A stretch of 64,000 nucleotides of DNA. Origin: Cyanophora paradoxa CCMP329 (lineage: Eukaryota; Plantae; Glaucophyta). The notes below the pieces were generated by a model, which was not told the origin of the DNA, made no database searches, and saw only the letters and a program-made list of their open reading frames with translations. How positions within the stretch are numbered: position 1 is the stretch's first letter; each line of letters opens with the position of its first letter. The DNA lies in NCBI GenBank assembly GCA_004431415.1, contig QPMI01000647.1, forward strand, positions 97,888 through 161,887, given 5' to 3'. A program made the translations under genes and the position numbers. This document shows, piece by piece, positions 12,875 to 25,800 of this stretch.

Positions 12875-15800
12875 ATGGGCTGCCGTTATTCGAAGCATGG
12901 AGCTCGAGCAGCTCGCCCCGCACCGGGCGCCACGTCGCTCAATCCCTTTAACTCCGATCTGGCGCTTGCGCTGAAGGAGGGACAACTCCTGCAAGGCGAT
13001 GCGCATGCCCATAAACCGGAAAAGGGGAAAGGTTCGACAGCGCGTTCACTTCAACAGCTGCAGCGCTGACACGTCGCCGGGGCGCCTTCCCGATCCCCCT
13101 TGCGCAGAGAAGTTAAAGAAGTCGATCTTCCACGCTTGCAAGCAGCCCGCGTGAGCGTGTCTTCTCTCTTTTCCAGGGCCAGCTCGAGCTCCGTACGTAC
13201 GCGTCCGCGTACGTGCGCGTTCGCAGGGTTTCCGGAGTGGAGAGCCCGTCCGTGGCTGCAGGTGCGCAGTCGTGCTCTCTTCTCGCGCAGAATCGTCACA
13301 TATATCGAGCCCGCCCGCGTGGCAGAGATCAAATCCGCAGCTGCAAGGATTCCTCGGGAGGACCGCGCGGAGTTCCGGGCGATGCTCGAAGAGGCTGATC
13401 GTGCTGTTTCTATGCCCGCGGAGGAGGACGCTGCTGCGAAGGAGGCCCGAGCGCGGGTGCTCTGCGGCGACTTGTCGGGCCCGAAGCCGACCGCAGCTCG
13501 GCGCGTTCTTCGCGTCTTCTTCTCCTCTACGGTGCTCGCCACGCTTTCCCCGCCCTACAGTCCCGCCGCTGACGCCTTCCGTTGCTTTCCGATAGTTCAG
13601 CGGTGCGATCAATTTGCAATCGATCGCCCTCAGCGGGGCGAGCGCCCTGCAAACCGCGCGCGCGCAGACATGGAGAGCGAGCGCAACGACCTGCTAGAGG
13701 ACGTCTTCTCGTACCTCTCGACGCTCGCCCGCCGCCTCGGCCTCAGCTGGCAGGCCGTCGACATGTGCGGGCCCCGCGTCGCCCTCGCGTCTCGCCGCTG
13801 CGCCCTTGCTAATGTTTACTTGTCTGTGCGCGCGTGAGCAGGCGCTGGGGAGTTTCCAGCGAGTCTGTGGACGGTGCCTTGCCCCTCGGCGCGTTTGGCG
13901 TCCCGCTCTTCCCAGATGCAGAGCGCCCCCTCCGCAGACCACGACGTTACGGACATCTGCATCGACGAGGTCCTCCGCTGCGCGGCCGAGTCCGCAGGCG
14001 CGTCCGCCCCTGCATCGATACCGGCCCGCGCTGCCGGTCGGCTCGCCGGCCCGTGACCCGCGCGCGCAGGCCCGGCCTTCGTCTTCTTCGCGGGGGACAA
14101 GTACGGATACCGGCCGCTGCCGGCCCGCGTCCCCGCAGCCGAGTTCGAGGTGCTCCTGGCCCGCGCGGAGGAGCAGGGGGTACCCCCCGAGGACCTCGCC
14201 CTCTGCCGCAAGTGGTGAGCGCCATGTACCCCCCTTTTTCTTTCCTCCTTCACCCCTTATCCCCCTCGTCCCCTCCCTCTCCTTCTGCCCGCCGACCCGC
14301 CCACAGGTACGCGAGGGACGACAACGCGGTACCCCCCGCCTACGCGCTCTGGCGGATCTCGTCCCTCCTGCCCGGCGCCCTCTCTCCGGACCGGGCGACA
14401 CGCGAGGCCGTGCGCTCGTTCGATTTCTTGCGGCACGCGGGCGCCGACCCCTCTTGATCTTTGCGGTCAGGCGGAGCGGGAGTGGGCCGAGGCGAGCGAG
14501 CGCATGGCGGCGGCGCTGCGCGGGGCGTGCGGGGCGCTGCCTGACGAGGAGGCGCGGCGCAAGTACACCGTCAGCGTGACGGAGCTCGAGGTCGACGCCG
14601 CCCTGCGCGCCCTCCGCGCTGCCGACCGCGACGACGCTTTCTTTGCCGTCCGGTCTGCATTGCCTCCGGTCCCGTCGCGCCGCCCCGGCTGACGGCGCTC
14701 GCGCGCGCGTCTCGCCAGGCGCCGCATCGAGGGAGTCGAGGGCCTTGCAAGGGCGATCGCCGGCGGCGGCGGCGCCCAGGCGGCCGCCTCGCCGCGCTTC
14801 GCCGACGTCGTGAGCCGCTTCGTCGACGTGGAGAAGCTGCGGGCGCCCGCCGCGGCCGCGGCCGCCTCCGGATCCCGTACCCCCGCGGGCATAGGCCTCG
14901 GGTTTGACGCCGGGGCCCGCGAGCTGCTCCAGCGGCTCCTGGAGCGCGTGCGGGGGGCTGTGCCCGCCGGGCGCAGCGCGGAGCTGGCGACGCCCTTCGC
15001 CGTGCCGCTGCCCGAGGCGCACGTGCGGGCCTTCTCCGACGCCGTGTGCCGCCTCCTCGCCCGCGGCATCGTCGCCGCCGCCCGCCGCGCCGCCGCCGCC
15101 GGCGCCTCGGACGCCCTCGCCGCGGAGGCGCTGCAGCACCTCCAGCAGGCCTGGGAGGCCGCCGAGGCCTGCCACGGGCGCGCCGACATCGTCGCCCGTG
15201 CCGCCGCGTACCTCGACGAGGGCGCCGCGGAGGGCGGCGCCCCGCTGGCGCTGGTCGGAGCGAGCGGCGCCGGCAAGAGCTCCGTCATGGCCGCCGCGTG
15301 GCGGGCGGCGTGCGAGCGTGCGGCGGCGCGCGGCGCGCGGCCGGTCGTGGCCGGCCGCTTCCTCGGCACGACCCTCCACTCCGGAGACGCGCGCGGGCTG
15401 CTTGCCTCGCTGGTGGCCCAGCTGGCGGAGGCGTACGGGCAGCCCGCGCCGGAGCTGCCGCTGGGCGCCGACGCGCGCGCCCTCGCGGCGGCCTTCGAGT
15501 CGTGCCTCGCGTGGGCGACGCCGGAGCGGCCGCTCTTCGTGATCCTGGACGCGTTGGACCAGCTCTCGGACGAGCAGCGCGGCCGCGGCCTCGCCTGGCT
15601 GCCCGTCTGCCTCCCGCGCCACGCCCGCCTCCTCGTCTCCATCCTGCCCGGCCCCGCCGGCGGCGGAGCCCTCGAGGCGTTCCGGCGGCTGGGCGGGGCG
15701 GCGGTCGAGGTTCCGCCCTTCGAGCGCGCCGCCGCCGAGGAGGCCCTCGACGCCTGGTGCGGCCCCGCCCGCCCGTTCAGCACGCGCCCTTCCTGTCGCT

Positions 15801-18800
15801 CTTGACTCGGCTCGCAGGATGCGGGAGGCGGGGCGGACGCTTCAGCCGGCGCAGCGGGCGGAGGTCATGCGGGCCTTCGAGGCGGGCGGCACGCCGCTCT
15901 TCTTGCGGCTTTGCTGGGACGAGGCCCGCCGCTGGCGCAGCTCCGAGACGGGCCGCATCGCCGCGCGGGACGCCGCCGCTCTCTGCGAGCGCCTCTTCGA
16001 GCGCCTGGAGGCGAAGTACGGCCGCCCGATCGTGGCGGCCGCGCTGGGGCTCGTTACCGTCGCCCGGCGGGGCCTCTCGGAGGCCGAGCTGTCCGACGTG
16101 CTGAGCTGCGACGACGCGACGCTGGACGCCGTCTTTGCGTGGTGGACGCCGCCCGTGCGGCGCGTGCCCCCGAGCCTGCTCCTCCGCGTCTTCTCGGACC
16201 TCGGGCGCGCCCTCACCGAGCGCGGCTCGGGGGACGCCTCTGGCTCTACCGTCCTCGGCTGGTGCGCGCCCGGCCCGATCGCGAGCCAACGGTCGCGGCA
16301 TCGGTGACTCTGGGATTCGCACAGGTACCACCGCCAGTTCGCGGAGGCCGCGGCACGCCGCTACGTCCACTCCGACCCGCAGCGCACGCGGCAGGTGCGA
16401 GCGCGCACGCGCATTAGGAAGCGCCGCTTCGAGTTTCCTCTGGTTCTGAATTTCTGGATTTCGCGCCCGGCATCGATATCGCGCAGTTGCACGAGCTGCT
16501 GGCGGCCTACTTCGGCGACGCCTTCGCGCGGGGCAAGGAGCACCGCGGCGCGCTGGCGGACCGGCGCCTGGCCCCGCAGCCGCTCTTCCTCGGGGCGGCA
16601 CCCAACGTGCGGCGCTGCCTCATGCAGCCGGCACACCTCGCCGCCTGGGGCCAGCTGGCGGCCCTGCTCGACCTCTGCCGGCGCGCCCTTGCCCTTGATT
16701 TCAGCGTGGCCGAACTCTAAGCGAGCTGACCGCATGCCGGGCCGGGTCTGCACGCAGGGACACCGACTTCCTGGAGGCGTGCGCGCGGGGCGGCTGCGTC
16801 CCAAGCCTCCTCTCCGTCCTGGCCGAGGCCTCGGCGTCGGCCCCGCCCGGCGATCCCGAGCTGCGCGAGGGCTTGGCGGAGGTCGCGGGGTTCCTGGGGC
16901 GCCACAGGGGCCTCCTGGGCGCCCTCCCGGCCCGCGGCTTCCTCCGCCAGCTCGCCGCCAACGAGCGCGACGGGACGGGCCTCGCCCGCCGCGCCCGCGC
17001 CGAGCTGGAGGCCGCCGGCGCCGCGTGGCTCCGCCTCCTCAACAAGCCGGCGGGGCGCGACCCGTGCGCTTTCCTCGTCGAGGGCGTGAACCCGGTGCGA
17101 CGCGGAGGCCGATATATATATATCGATTTGCTTTTGAAATTGGAGTTTAAAGTTCGACGCAGGCGCGGGGCACGCACCGGGGCGGCAAGGCCCTCGAGGA
17201 CGCCCTGGGCGGCAGCTGCTCGGCCATGGACCTACTGGGGGACACCCACGTCGTCGTCGCGAGGTGCCGTCCCGAGCATCTGATGCGAAGCTGGGCTGGG
17301 CGGGCCGCGGCTGATCGGATGCGGCGTCGCCCTGGCCTGTCGCTCGCGCATGCAGCACCGCGACCGGAGCCGTACTCTGCTTCGACTGGGCCGCGGGCGA
17401 GCGCTGGACCGCGCGGCTCGCGCCGGCGGCCGTGCCCTCGCACCCCGTCCGCGTATCCAACGACGGCGCCCGCGTCGCCGTCGGCCTGCTCGACGTGCGC
17501 CGGCCCCACAGCCAAATTTAAAGCTCACGTGCACAATTGCAATGGATATCAGGCTAGCGCTCCGCCGCCGTGAGATGCTGACTTTGAGCGCGGCGCGGCG
17601 CGCCCGCAGTTCCCCTCGATCGCGGTGCTCTCTATGGAGGACGGACGGCTCCTCGGGACGCTCAGTGCGGGCGGCTTGCACCGCAAGAACGGCTACGGGT
17701 GTCCTCGAGCCCGCCCCCCGAGCCGTCGACGTCCCGGCGAGCGCGGCCTGAGGGGGACACCGCAGGGACCGCCTTGAAGCGCTCTGCTGGAGCGCGGACA
17801 GCACCAAGCTCGCCTCGGTCGGCACCTCGAGCCGCAGCCCCGGCCCGCCCTCGCCTGGCCCGCTTACGCCTCACGCTCGCAATCGCTCCAGGCCGCGACG
17901 GGCGACTGCTCGAGCCGCGAAATCGTGCTCTACGACGCCGTCGCCATGGCGCCGCTCCGCGCCGTGTTCGTGAGCTCTCTGCTTGTTCTTGCCCGGATCC
18001 GGATCCGCCGATATTCGACCGCCCCCCAACCGATCGCATCGCGATCGATATCGCCCGCGCACGTGCAGACGCTGCGGCCGTCGGGCGGGGCGATGTGGGA
18101 CATCCACGCGCACAGCGTCCTCGGCGCGCACGGGCGCTCGGGCTTTGGCTACGGCAACACGAGGGACGGCAAGCACGTCTTCTACCGCGTTGGCGACGAC
18201 GAGTGCGCGCCAGATCTGTCTTTTCCCCTGCCGCGTCGCACTCTTCAAAAAATATCCTGAGGGTCGACCTCCGCAGGGCGCAGCTGGGCATCGGGAACGG
18301 GTACAGCGGGAGCGAGCTCGAGGGCTTCACGTGCGCTTCGCTTCCCGCTGCGATGCTTCCCTCTCCGCTCGCCGCCCTCTAGATCTGAGCCCGCCCCGCC
18401 GCCGCACACGCATGCAGGAGGACGCTGGCGGAGTCCTACTGCGGGCGCCTGCGGGTCGTGTCGCGCCAGTTCGGCGCGCAGCGCGTCGTCGCCGTCGCTT
18501 CCTTCGGCAACGCCGCCGGCGCCGGCTCCGGATCCGCCGCCCCGCGCATCCTCTGCGTGCTGGGCGAGGAAGGCCCCGTCCACGGGGCGGCCGTCGAGCC
18601 GCTGGCGGGCCGCCCCGGCGTCCTTCGCGCCGTCGTCGTCCGCCATCCGGAGGCGTCTGTGCCGACCCTCCTCGAGTTCGACGAGGCGGCGCCGGGCGCC
18701 CCCGCTGGCGCGGTGGACCTGGCGGAGGTCGGCATCAAGGACCCCGGCGCCCTCGAGTGGGCTTCGCGGCTGCGGCTCCCGCGGGCGCGCCCCGCGGGAC

Positions 18801-21622
18801 GACTGGTCGGCCACGCCAGCAGCATTACGGCGATGCGCCTCGCGGAGGGCGGCCGCCGCCTCGCCACGTTCGACAGGCGCGACCTCCGCGGCTGGGACCT
18901 CGAGCAGGTGCTTTTCGCATGGATCAACTCGCGAGCGAGCGAGCGCTGGCCCTGGCCCTGGCCTCACGGATCTACGCATGCGCGCGCAGGTGAACCTCCA
19001 GGACTGCGAAGGGGGCGACGCGACGATGCAGGGGGGGCCCCCGCCGGCCCTCGTCGCCGCCGCGCCGCTCGCCGGCGGCGGCGGCGCGAGCCTCGTCGCC
19101 AGCCTGCGCGCCCCGGCGACCTCTCCCTCGTCCGCTGCGGCGGCGGAGCCGCCGCGGCCGCGGCCGTCGTGCGGCTCTACGATGCGACGGCGCGCGAGGC
19201 CCGCGCCGCCGCCTCCGCGCTCCTCGAGCTCCCCGCCGGTGGAAGAGACGGCTGCGCCACCGCCCTCTACGCGGCCGCCACGGACCGCGGCTCCCTGCGC
19301 TTCCTCCGCGTCGAGGCCCCCGCCGGGGCGCCGCGCCCCGCGCCGGGCCCCCGCCGACCTGCAGCTCGGCCTCCCGCCCCGCTGGTCGCCCTCGAGCTCG
19401 CCCCGGGCCCCTCCGCCGGTGCGCGCGGGCCGGGCGCGCCGGGGCGCCCGCGATCCGCCCTCCGAATTCCGCAGAGCTCGTCCAGGTCTTCGTCGGGCTC
19501 GAGGGTGCGCCCCCCTTTTATTCCGCGCACTTTCGCACCACCTTTGAATTTCGCGCACTTTCGCACCGCTGAGCCTCTCCCCGCAGACGGCGGCGTGCAC
19601 GCGTTCCTTGTCCGCCTCCCGCCGGCCGGCGCCGGCGCCGGCCCTGCAGCTGCTGCGCTCGAGCCCGGCGCCCGCCGGGCGTCCTGGTTCCACGGCGCCC
19701 CCGTCGCCCGCATTGCCGCCAGCACCGCCGTCGAGGTGCCGCCTTCAAGCTTCTCGCCGCTCTTCCCCTTGAGCTTCCCCCGCCATCGCCTCTGACACTG
19801 GCCCCAGGGCGGGCGGCCGCGGACGAGCGTGGCGTCGCTGGCGTACGACGGGACGCTCGTCCTCGCGGCGCTGGGCCCGCGCCCCGCCGACTGCTCCGCC
19901 GCCCTGCTCGACCGCTTCGAGGTGCGCCCCGGCTCGGGGTCGGCGGGCGGGGCGGGGCAGGGCGGGGCGGGGCGGCGTGGGGCGTAGATCTGACCGGGTC
20001 GTGGGCGGCTTGGCGCAGATCTCGGCGGCCGACGGGACGCCGGCGCTGGCGATCGGGCGGGGCGCGTCCCCGCTGGTCGCCGCCGCGGCCGGCGCGGAGC
20101 TGCGCCTGTACGCCGCGGGCCCCGACGTCGACGGCGGCCGCGCTGCGCGGCGCTGCGGGCCACTCGGGCCGGGTCGCCGCGCTGGACTTCGCCGCGGGCG
20201 GCGCGCTCGTCTCGGTCGGCGCCGACGGCGCGGCGCTCGTGTGGGACCCCGCGCGCCACGCGGCCCCCGCGCGGCGCCTGGCGCTCTGGCACGTGGCCGG
20301 CTGTGAGGTGCCGGTCTTCGGTGGGGCGGCCGTCTTGACGGCGGCCCCCAGCGACGGCGAGCCGGTCGCCAAGCTCGAGGTGCGCATCCTCTCTTCCACT
20401 TACGACTCCGCCCTGAGGTCCCCGGCAGATCGTGGACGTCGCTGGAATCCCCGCGGCGGGCGACGCCGACGCCGCCTCCGACGCCGCCGCCGGCGGCTGG
20501 CCCGAGGCGGCCGGCCCCGCGCTGGCCGCCTCGCCCGGGCTCTCCTACGCCGCCCTCGCGGCGTCCTTCGCGAAGCGCTTCTCCATCTCCGTCGGCGAGC
20601 GCTGCCACATGGACCAGCCGGCCTGCTGGTCCGGATCCGCCGCGACCGCGACCGCCTGCCCTGTGTCTTAAGCTTTAATTTCTTCTTTAGGATGCAGAAC
20701 TGGCGCGACTTCCCTGAGACGGTGCCGCCGTGCACGTACGCCGCGATCTACGAGGTGCGCATGCCTTAAAACATGCACGGCCGGCCGGCCGGCCGGCCGA
20801 CGCGGCCGACGCGGCTCTCGGGCAGCTGGAGGTGACCGAGGAGACGCGGGCGGACGGCCTCGTGCTCTTCGCGGGGGCCCTACGGGACGTCGCCTGCGCC
20901 GCCGAGCCGAGCGCTTACCTCGGCGAGTGCCGCGGCACCGACTACGACCCGTGCGCCCGCCGGCCCGGTCATCAAATTCGCTGCCCCGGCGCGCGCCGGC
21001 TCCTGCGCCCGCCGACTCGCCCTCCCCAGGCTGTCGTTCAACCGGCACGTGGACGAGGACGAGCAGATGGCGCTCTGCGGTAGCGGTGCGCCCCGGCCCG
21101 GCTCGGCCCGGCCCGCGCTCGAGCTCGAGCTCTGCACAAATTCGAGGGAGAGGCGATGCATATATATTGACCGGCGGCGCGCGCGGCAGGGTGGAGCGAG
21201 GTGCCGCAGAACCCCTTCCGCGTGCTGCGGGCCGGCCGCCTGCTCCTCGGCCTCCACCAGTCGAAGGACGCCGGCTGGAAGAGCGGCTACGGGTTCGGCG
21301 CCGCGCGGGTCCGTACGCGTCCGACTCCGCTCGCGATCGCGATCGCGATCGCGTTCGCGCGCACGCGTACCCCGATGCTGATCGCGAGCCGGCGCCAGGT
21401 CTGCCCGGCGCCTTCGGTCTCGTCCGAGGATGGCCGCGACGCCCCCTCTGCCGCCCGCGCCCGTGGTCGGAGGCCTTCCCTCTCGGAATCTGTACCCCCC
21501 GCCGTACAACTGCCTGTGCTGACCGCATCTGCCGCCGCGCAGCGTCTGGGCGCCCCGTGCCCGCCATGGCGGTCAATGCCGTGGCCGCTGGCGCCCACGT
21601 CGACGGCCCCTCGGCGGCGTAG
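12875..21622 (+). CDS. NWD1/NWD2-like NACHT (STAND) and WD40 protein with an N-terminal DUF4062-like domain
   Basis: MGCRYSK start; LRVFFSST..DMESERNDLLEDVF..WQAVDM|RWGVS; ICIDEVLRC; FVFFAGDKYGYRPLPARVPAAEFE; Walker A LVGASGAGKSSVMA (~15250-15292); Walker B LFVILDALDQL; RRGLSEAELSDVLSCDD; WWTPPVRRVPP; WYHRQFAEAAARRY; WD repeats LVGHASSITAMRL...WDL and GHSGRVAALDF...VWDP. The 3' end is approximate. Confidence 0.85.
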
Positions 21623-22829
21623 AACCTCTGCGCAGGCCGACATCCTTAAACTTGCTTCGAATTGCGATGAACCGCCGGGACTGCATTCGTGCTTGTAGGT
21701 TTCTAGATCTTCCGTTTCATTCCCTTTCATTCCTAGCTATAGCTATAGCTATAGCCTGCACAGCTTTTCCAATCTCATGACGATTATCATTAGCTACAGC
21801 TGCGGATGCATCCGCAGCTGTAATCATGATATCGATCATCTAACCGAACGTTAACCATGTCAATGCGCCCTTTCGTTTCCTTCAATTTCATGCCATGCCG
21901 ATAGCATGTTTCTAAATTTGCACAGCTTTTCCAAATACGATTCCATGATCATATGCATTGATATCGATGATCATGATTAACTGCAGTTGCAAAGGCATCA
22001 GTGTCCGTTAGTTACACGACCCACATGTTCGTTTTACGGCGCACGCAATCGCGTTTCAGTGCACAGTATGTACTAAGCATCAGATCTGCTGCTTCGAATT
22101 GCGTTAGAGTGCACAGTACACGTAGCTCTAGAGCTCTACATACACAGCTCGAGACCTAGACCATTAGCTAGACCGCAGGAGGACCATCATGAACCGCGCT
22201 ACGGTAGATAGATAGTTAGCGCTAGCTATAGTGACCTGATCATCATGAACCTGATTAAGCAGTAGTAGACCTGAACCTAGCTTAGCGAGCTAGCTGGAGC
22301 AGTAGTTAATGATCGAATTCGATTCAGAACCAAAGGCCCGAGATCAAGATTCAATCCAAGGCTGCAGTCATTATCACCGATCGAGACTTCATGCGTCGAT
22401 GTCAACGGCGTCATCTTGCGGCGCTAGCTGCAGCTGCGCATGCGGCGTTCAAAGAAATCGATCATGAATTCGTCGAAGGCCTGTCTTAACTGGCCAACTG
22501 TTGGATCCGGAGTTCGAAGCGTTCGGGACTATAGCTGAGCGTGGAAGCGTCCTCAACTCGGCGACAGCGTCGGACATGTACAGCGCACGAGCAAGCTGTT
22601 CCTGAACCGGGCTGTCCTCTCTCATGCCTAGCGGCTGCAATATCGCTAACTAACACACTAACACATAATCGTTATCACTGAATAGCTAGCTAGCGAGCTA
22701 TAGCCCGGGGCGTCTCAAACTCTGCGCCGACGGATGCGGGGACTCCGGGATTGGGGTGCGGGGGGTGCGGGGGGGGGGGGGGGGGGCGGGGGGGGGGGGG
22801 GCGATCAGGCGTCCAGCTCACGATCACGA

Positions 22830-25800
22830 TCAGGCGTCCAGCTCCGGTTTGGGCAGGGCCCGCCGCGCCCACGCGTCCCGCAGGCTGGCCGCCTCGCCCC
22901 GCCGCCCCCTCGACTCGTACCTGATCATGATCATGAGCCCAAAGCAAAACGTTAACAAGCGCGCGCTAAGCCGCAAGTCTCTAGATAGATCTCAGACGCA
23001 AAAGCAAAAGCACCATCTTAGCACCATCTATAGCTAAGCTTCTAATAAGAACTGTACGTATAATACTCAAGCACCATCTGAGGCCCTCGTCGTAGAAGGC
23101 CTCGGCGGCCGGCTCCCAGTCCAGCGCGAAGAGGAGCCGGAGGCCCCTCGGGAGGGGCCCGCCCGTGAGGCTCCTCACCAGCCTGCGCGCGCAGGTCGGC
23201 GTCAGCGTCGGCGGCCGATCGATATCGCGAGCCCGAGCAGCGGAGGAGGAGAAGTAGCCTAGAATGGCATACATATGTATATAGGATGGCGAGATCGAGA
23301 TAGCCTGACTTTAAGATCTAAGAGGGGAGCGTGCGGGTGCCCGGGCCGGGGCGGGCCTGCAGAGGTCGGCGGCGGAGCAGCGGAGGAGGCTCCCTCGATG
23401 GACGGAGCAGGAACGAACAGGTCGGCGTCGACGTCGGCGGCCGGCCGCGAGCGGAGATCTAGAGGGCCGACGAAGTACTAGTATCCTATAGCTAACACCG
23501 CATCTAAGAGGATATCGGCGGGCGGAGCAGGGGCGGGCCTAACATGGCATTCTAACATGGCAGTAATTTTTAAGAATATCCTAACATGGCATCTAATTTA
23601 GAAGAGGGGAGCGGGAGCCCGGGGCGAGCTAACGAGCCTGCAGAGGTCGGCGGCGGAGCAGCGGAGGAGGAGAAGTAGCCTAAAATGGCATATGTATATA
23701 GGATGGCGAGCTCGAGATCTAGATAGCCTGACTTTAAGATCTAAGAGGATATCGATGGGCGGGGCGGGGGGCGGGCCTGCAGAGGTCGGCGGCGGAGCAG
23801 CGGAGGAGGCTCCGGGCGTCCAGCTGGAGGCCCCGGAGCACCTCCACGTCCCTGCGGGCGGAAGAATTAGACATGAACAGAACTAAGAATCTGATGGAGC
23901 TGCTGAGCGGAGCGGAGCAGAAAAGAGGCGGACTCGTCGCTTATAAATTAGAAGCTTATATACAGTTCTTATAAGAAGCTTAGATGGCGCTAGACTATTA
24001 TGTAGGCTTCAGTACTAGTTCTTGTTAGGAGCAGATCTAGAAAAGGGGCGGACGCGTCGGGCAGCTGCCGCCTGGCGAGGAGCGTTGCTTCGAGGTAGGC
24101 CCAGACCCCTTCGTGCCCAAGGGACAAGACGTCGGCGCCGGCCGCTCTGGACGTAGATGGAGACCCGCGAAACACTTAGTTAGCACATGGACGAAGGCTG
24201 AAACAGTATCAGCTGCAGAAGAGAAAGAGCGCACGGGTGGGCACGGGCATGCATATGGCCATGGGCGGCCTCGACTGGCGCTGGCGTTGCCGGCGGACCG
24301 AAATGCGGAGGCGGCTGCGGCCTCTGCACGTGGCCAGGAGACGCGAGCGGCCCGGCCGAAGCGCACGGGGCTGCAGCTGCGGGCAGCTGCAGGCCGTCCG
24401 CGGCCGTTGAGGCCACGTCGCCTCGGGCCCCGCGATCAACGCCGGCGCCGGCCGCGGCGGCGCCCTCCGCCTCGAATTCGAATTCGTCCTGACGTGACGT
24501 TTCAGAAAATCCAGAAATGCTGGTGCGAGCGGCGGATCCGGAGGCTCGCCCGGAGCCAGCGCACCTCGAGCTCGTTGATGATCTCGACGGTGATGTCGTC
24601 GTCGTCTTCGTCGTCGCTCTCTGCTGCCGCGGTCGCGTCCCGCGAGCTCGAGCTCGAGGCCGCTGCGGGCTGCGGCTGCGCGTGCTGCGCCTCCAAATCT
24701 GCTGCGCTCAAGCACGCCGCTTGCCCGACTTGTTCGGCCTGTTCGGCTCGCTCGGCCGGGACGCAGATGCCGCCGCCGCCCACCTCTAGATCTTGCAAGA
24801 TGCCGTCCTCCGACGGCTCTGACGGCTCTGAGTGTGAGATGCGCGCACAGGCGCCGCGAGGCCCGAACGGACTGCTCACCGGCACCGGTACCCCGCTTTG
24901 ATCCCCCCGCGGCCCGCCCATCCAGCTCGCCGCCCGTTTCGGTCCACGGCCGGCTCGAGCTCCAGCGGCGGTCGCGATCGACGACGTACACGAAGCCCTC
25001 CTAAAGAGACGTGTCAGATTTGATACTAGAAATCAGATTAGAAATCTGATTAGCTACTGATAAGATTAGATTAGGATGAACGTTAACAGAGATCGCGATC
25101 GTGAGCGCGGATCCGGAGCACGTGCGGAGCGCTCATGCTAGAGCGCCGCGCTCACCATTCGCTTGGCGGTCCAGCTGACGACGCCCTCCTGCGTGCAGAA
25201 GTGGCGGAAGGGCCACCGGAAGATGTGGAGCGGCGAGCCGGCCTGCGCGCGCGCGCGCGAGCAGAGGTCAACGGGGGCGTGGCGATGCGCAAGCGAGCTG
25301 GCCGTGCGAGGCCAGGGGCCCGGGCTGCACGCACGAAGAAGCCCGAATGGGGCTTGTACTTCTTGTCCAGGTGCCGGAGCGTAAGGAGCTGCGATCGGCC
25401 CAATCGAAGTCAGAGGCCGACAACGTTAACACTCACATGAGGTGCTGGGCGGAGACCATAGTCTTGTCGGCAAGCGTCGCCTTGAACCGGTCGAGGATCT
25501 TTTGGGACAACTCCTCGGGAAACGCGAGGTTGGCCATGAAGATTTTTGAGTACCTGACGTCGCCGCTAGTTAAAGAATGGAAGATAATCTAGAATTAGAT
25601 TATAATTAGAAGGTTTTGGGGCCTCTGGGAGTGTTTGCAGTAACTGGCGATCGCGACGCCGCGCTTTCCGGGGCGCAGGCCCGCAAGGGCGGCGGGCCGG
25701 GGCGGAGAGCACAGGCTTCGGGGCCGGACGCGCGCACCCCTCGAAGCCGCTGTGGTCCGAGGCGTCCCCGCAGTGGAACTCGCACTCGCCCGCCTCGATC

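Noticed and set aside
13694-15622. 642-aa minus-strand ORF and similar long Arg/Ala/Gly-rich antisense ORFs across the window
   Set aside because: They are antisense to recognisable genes, long open frames are expected at this GC content, and they show no domain motifs.
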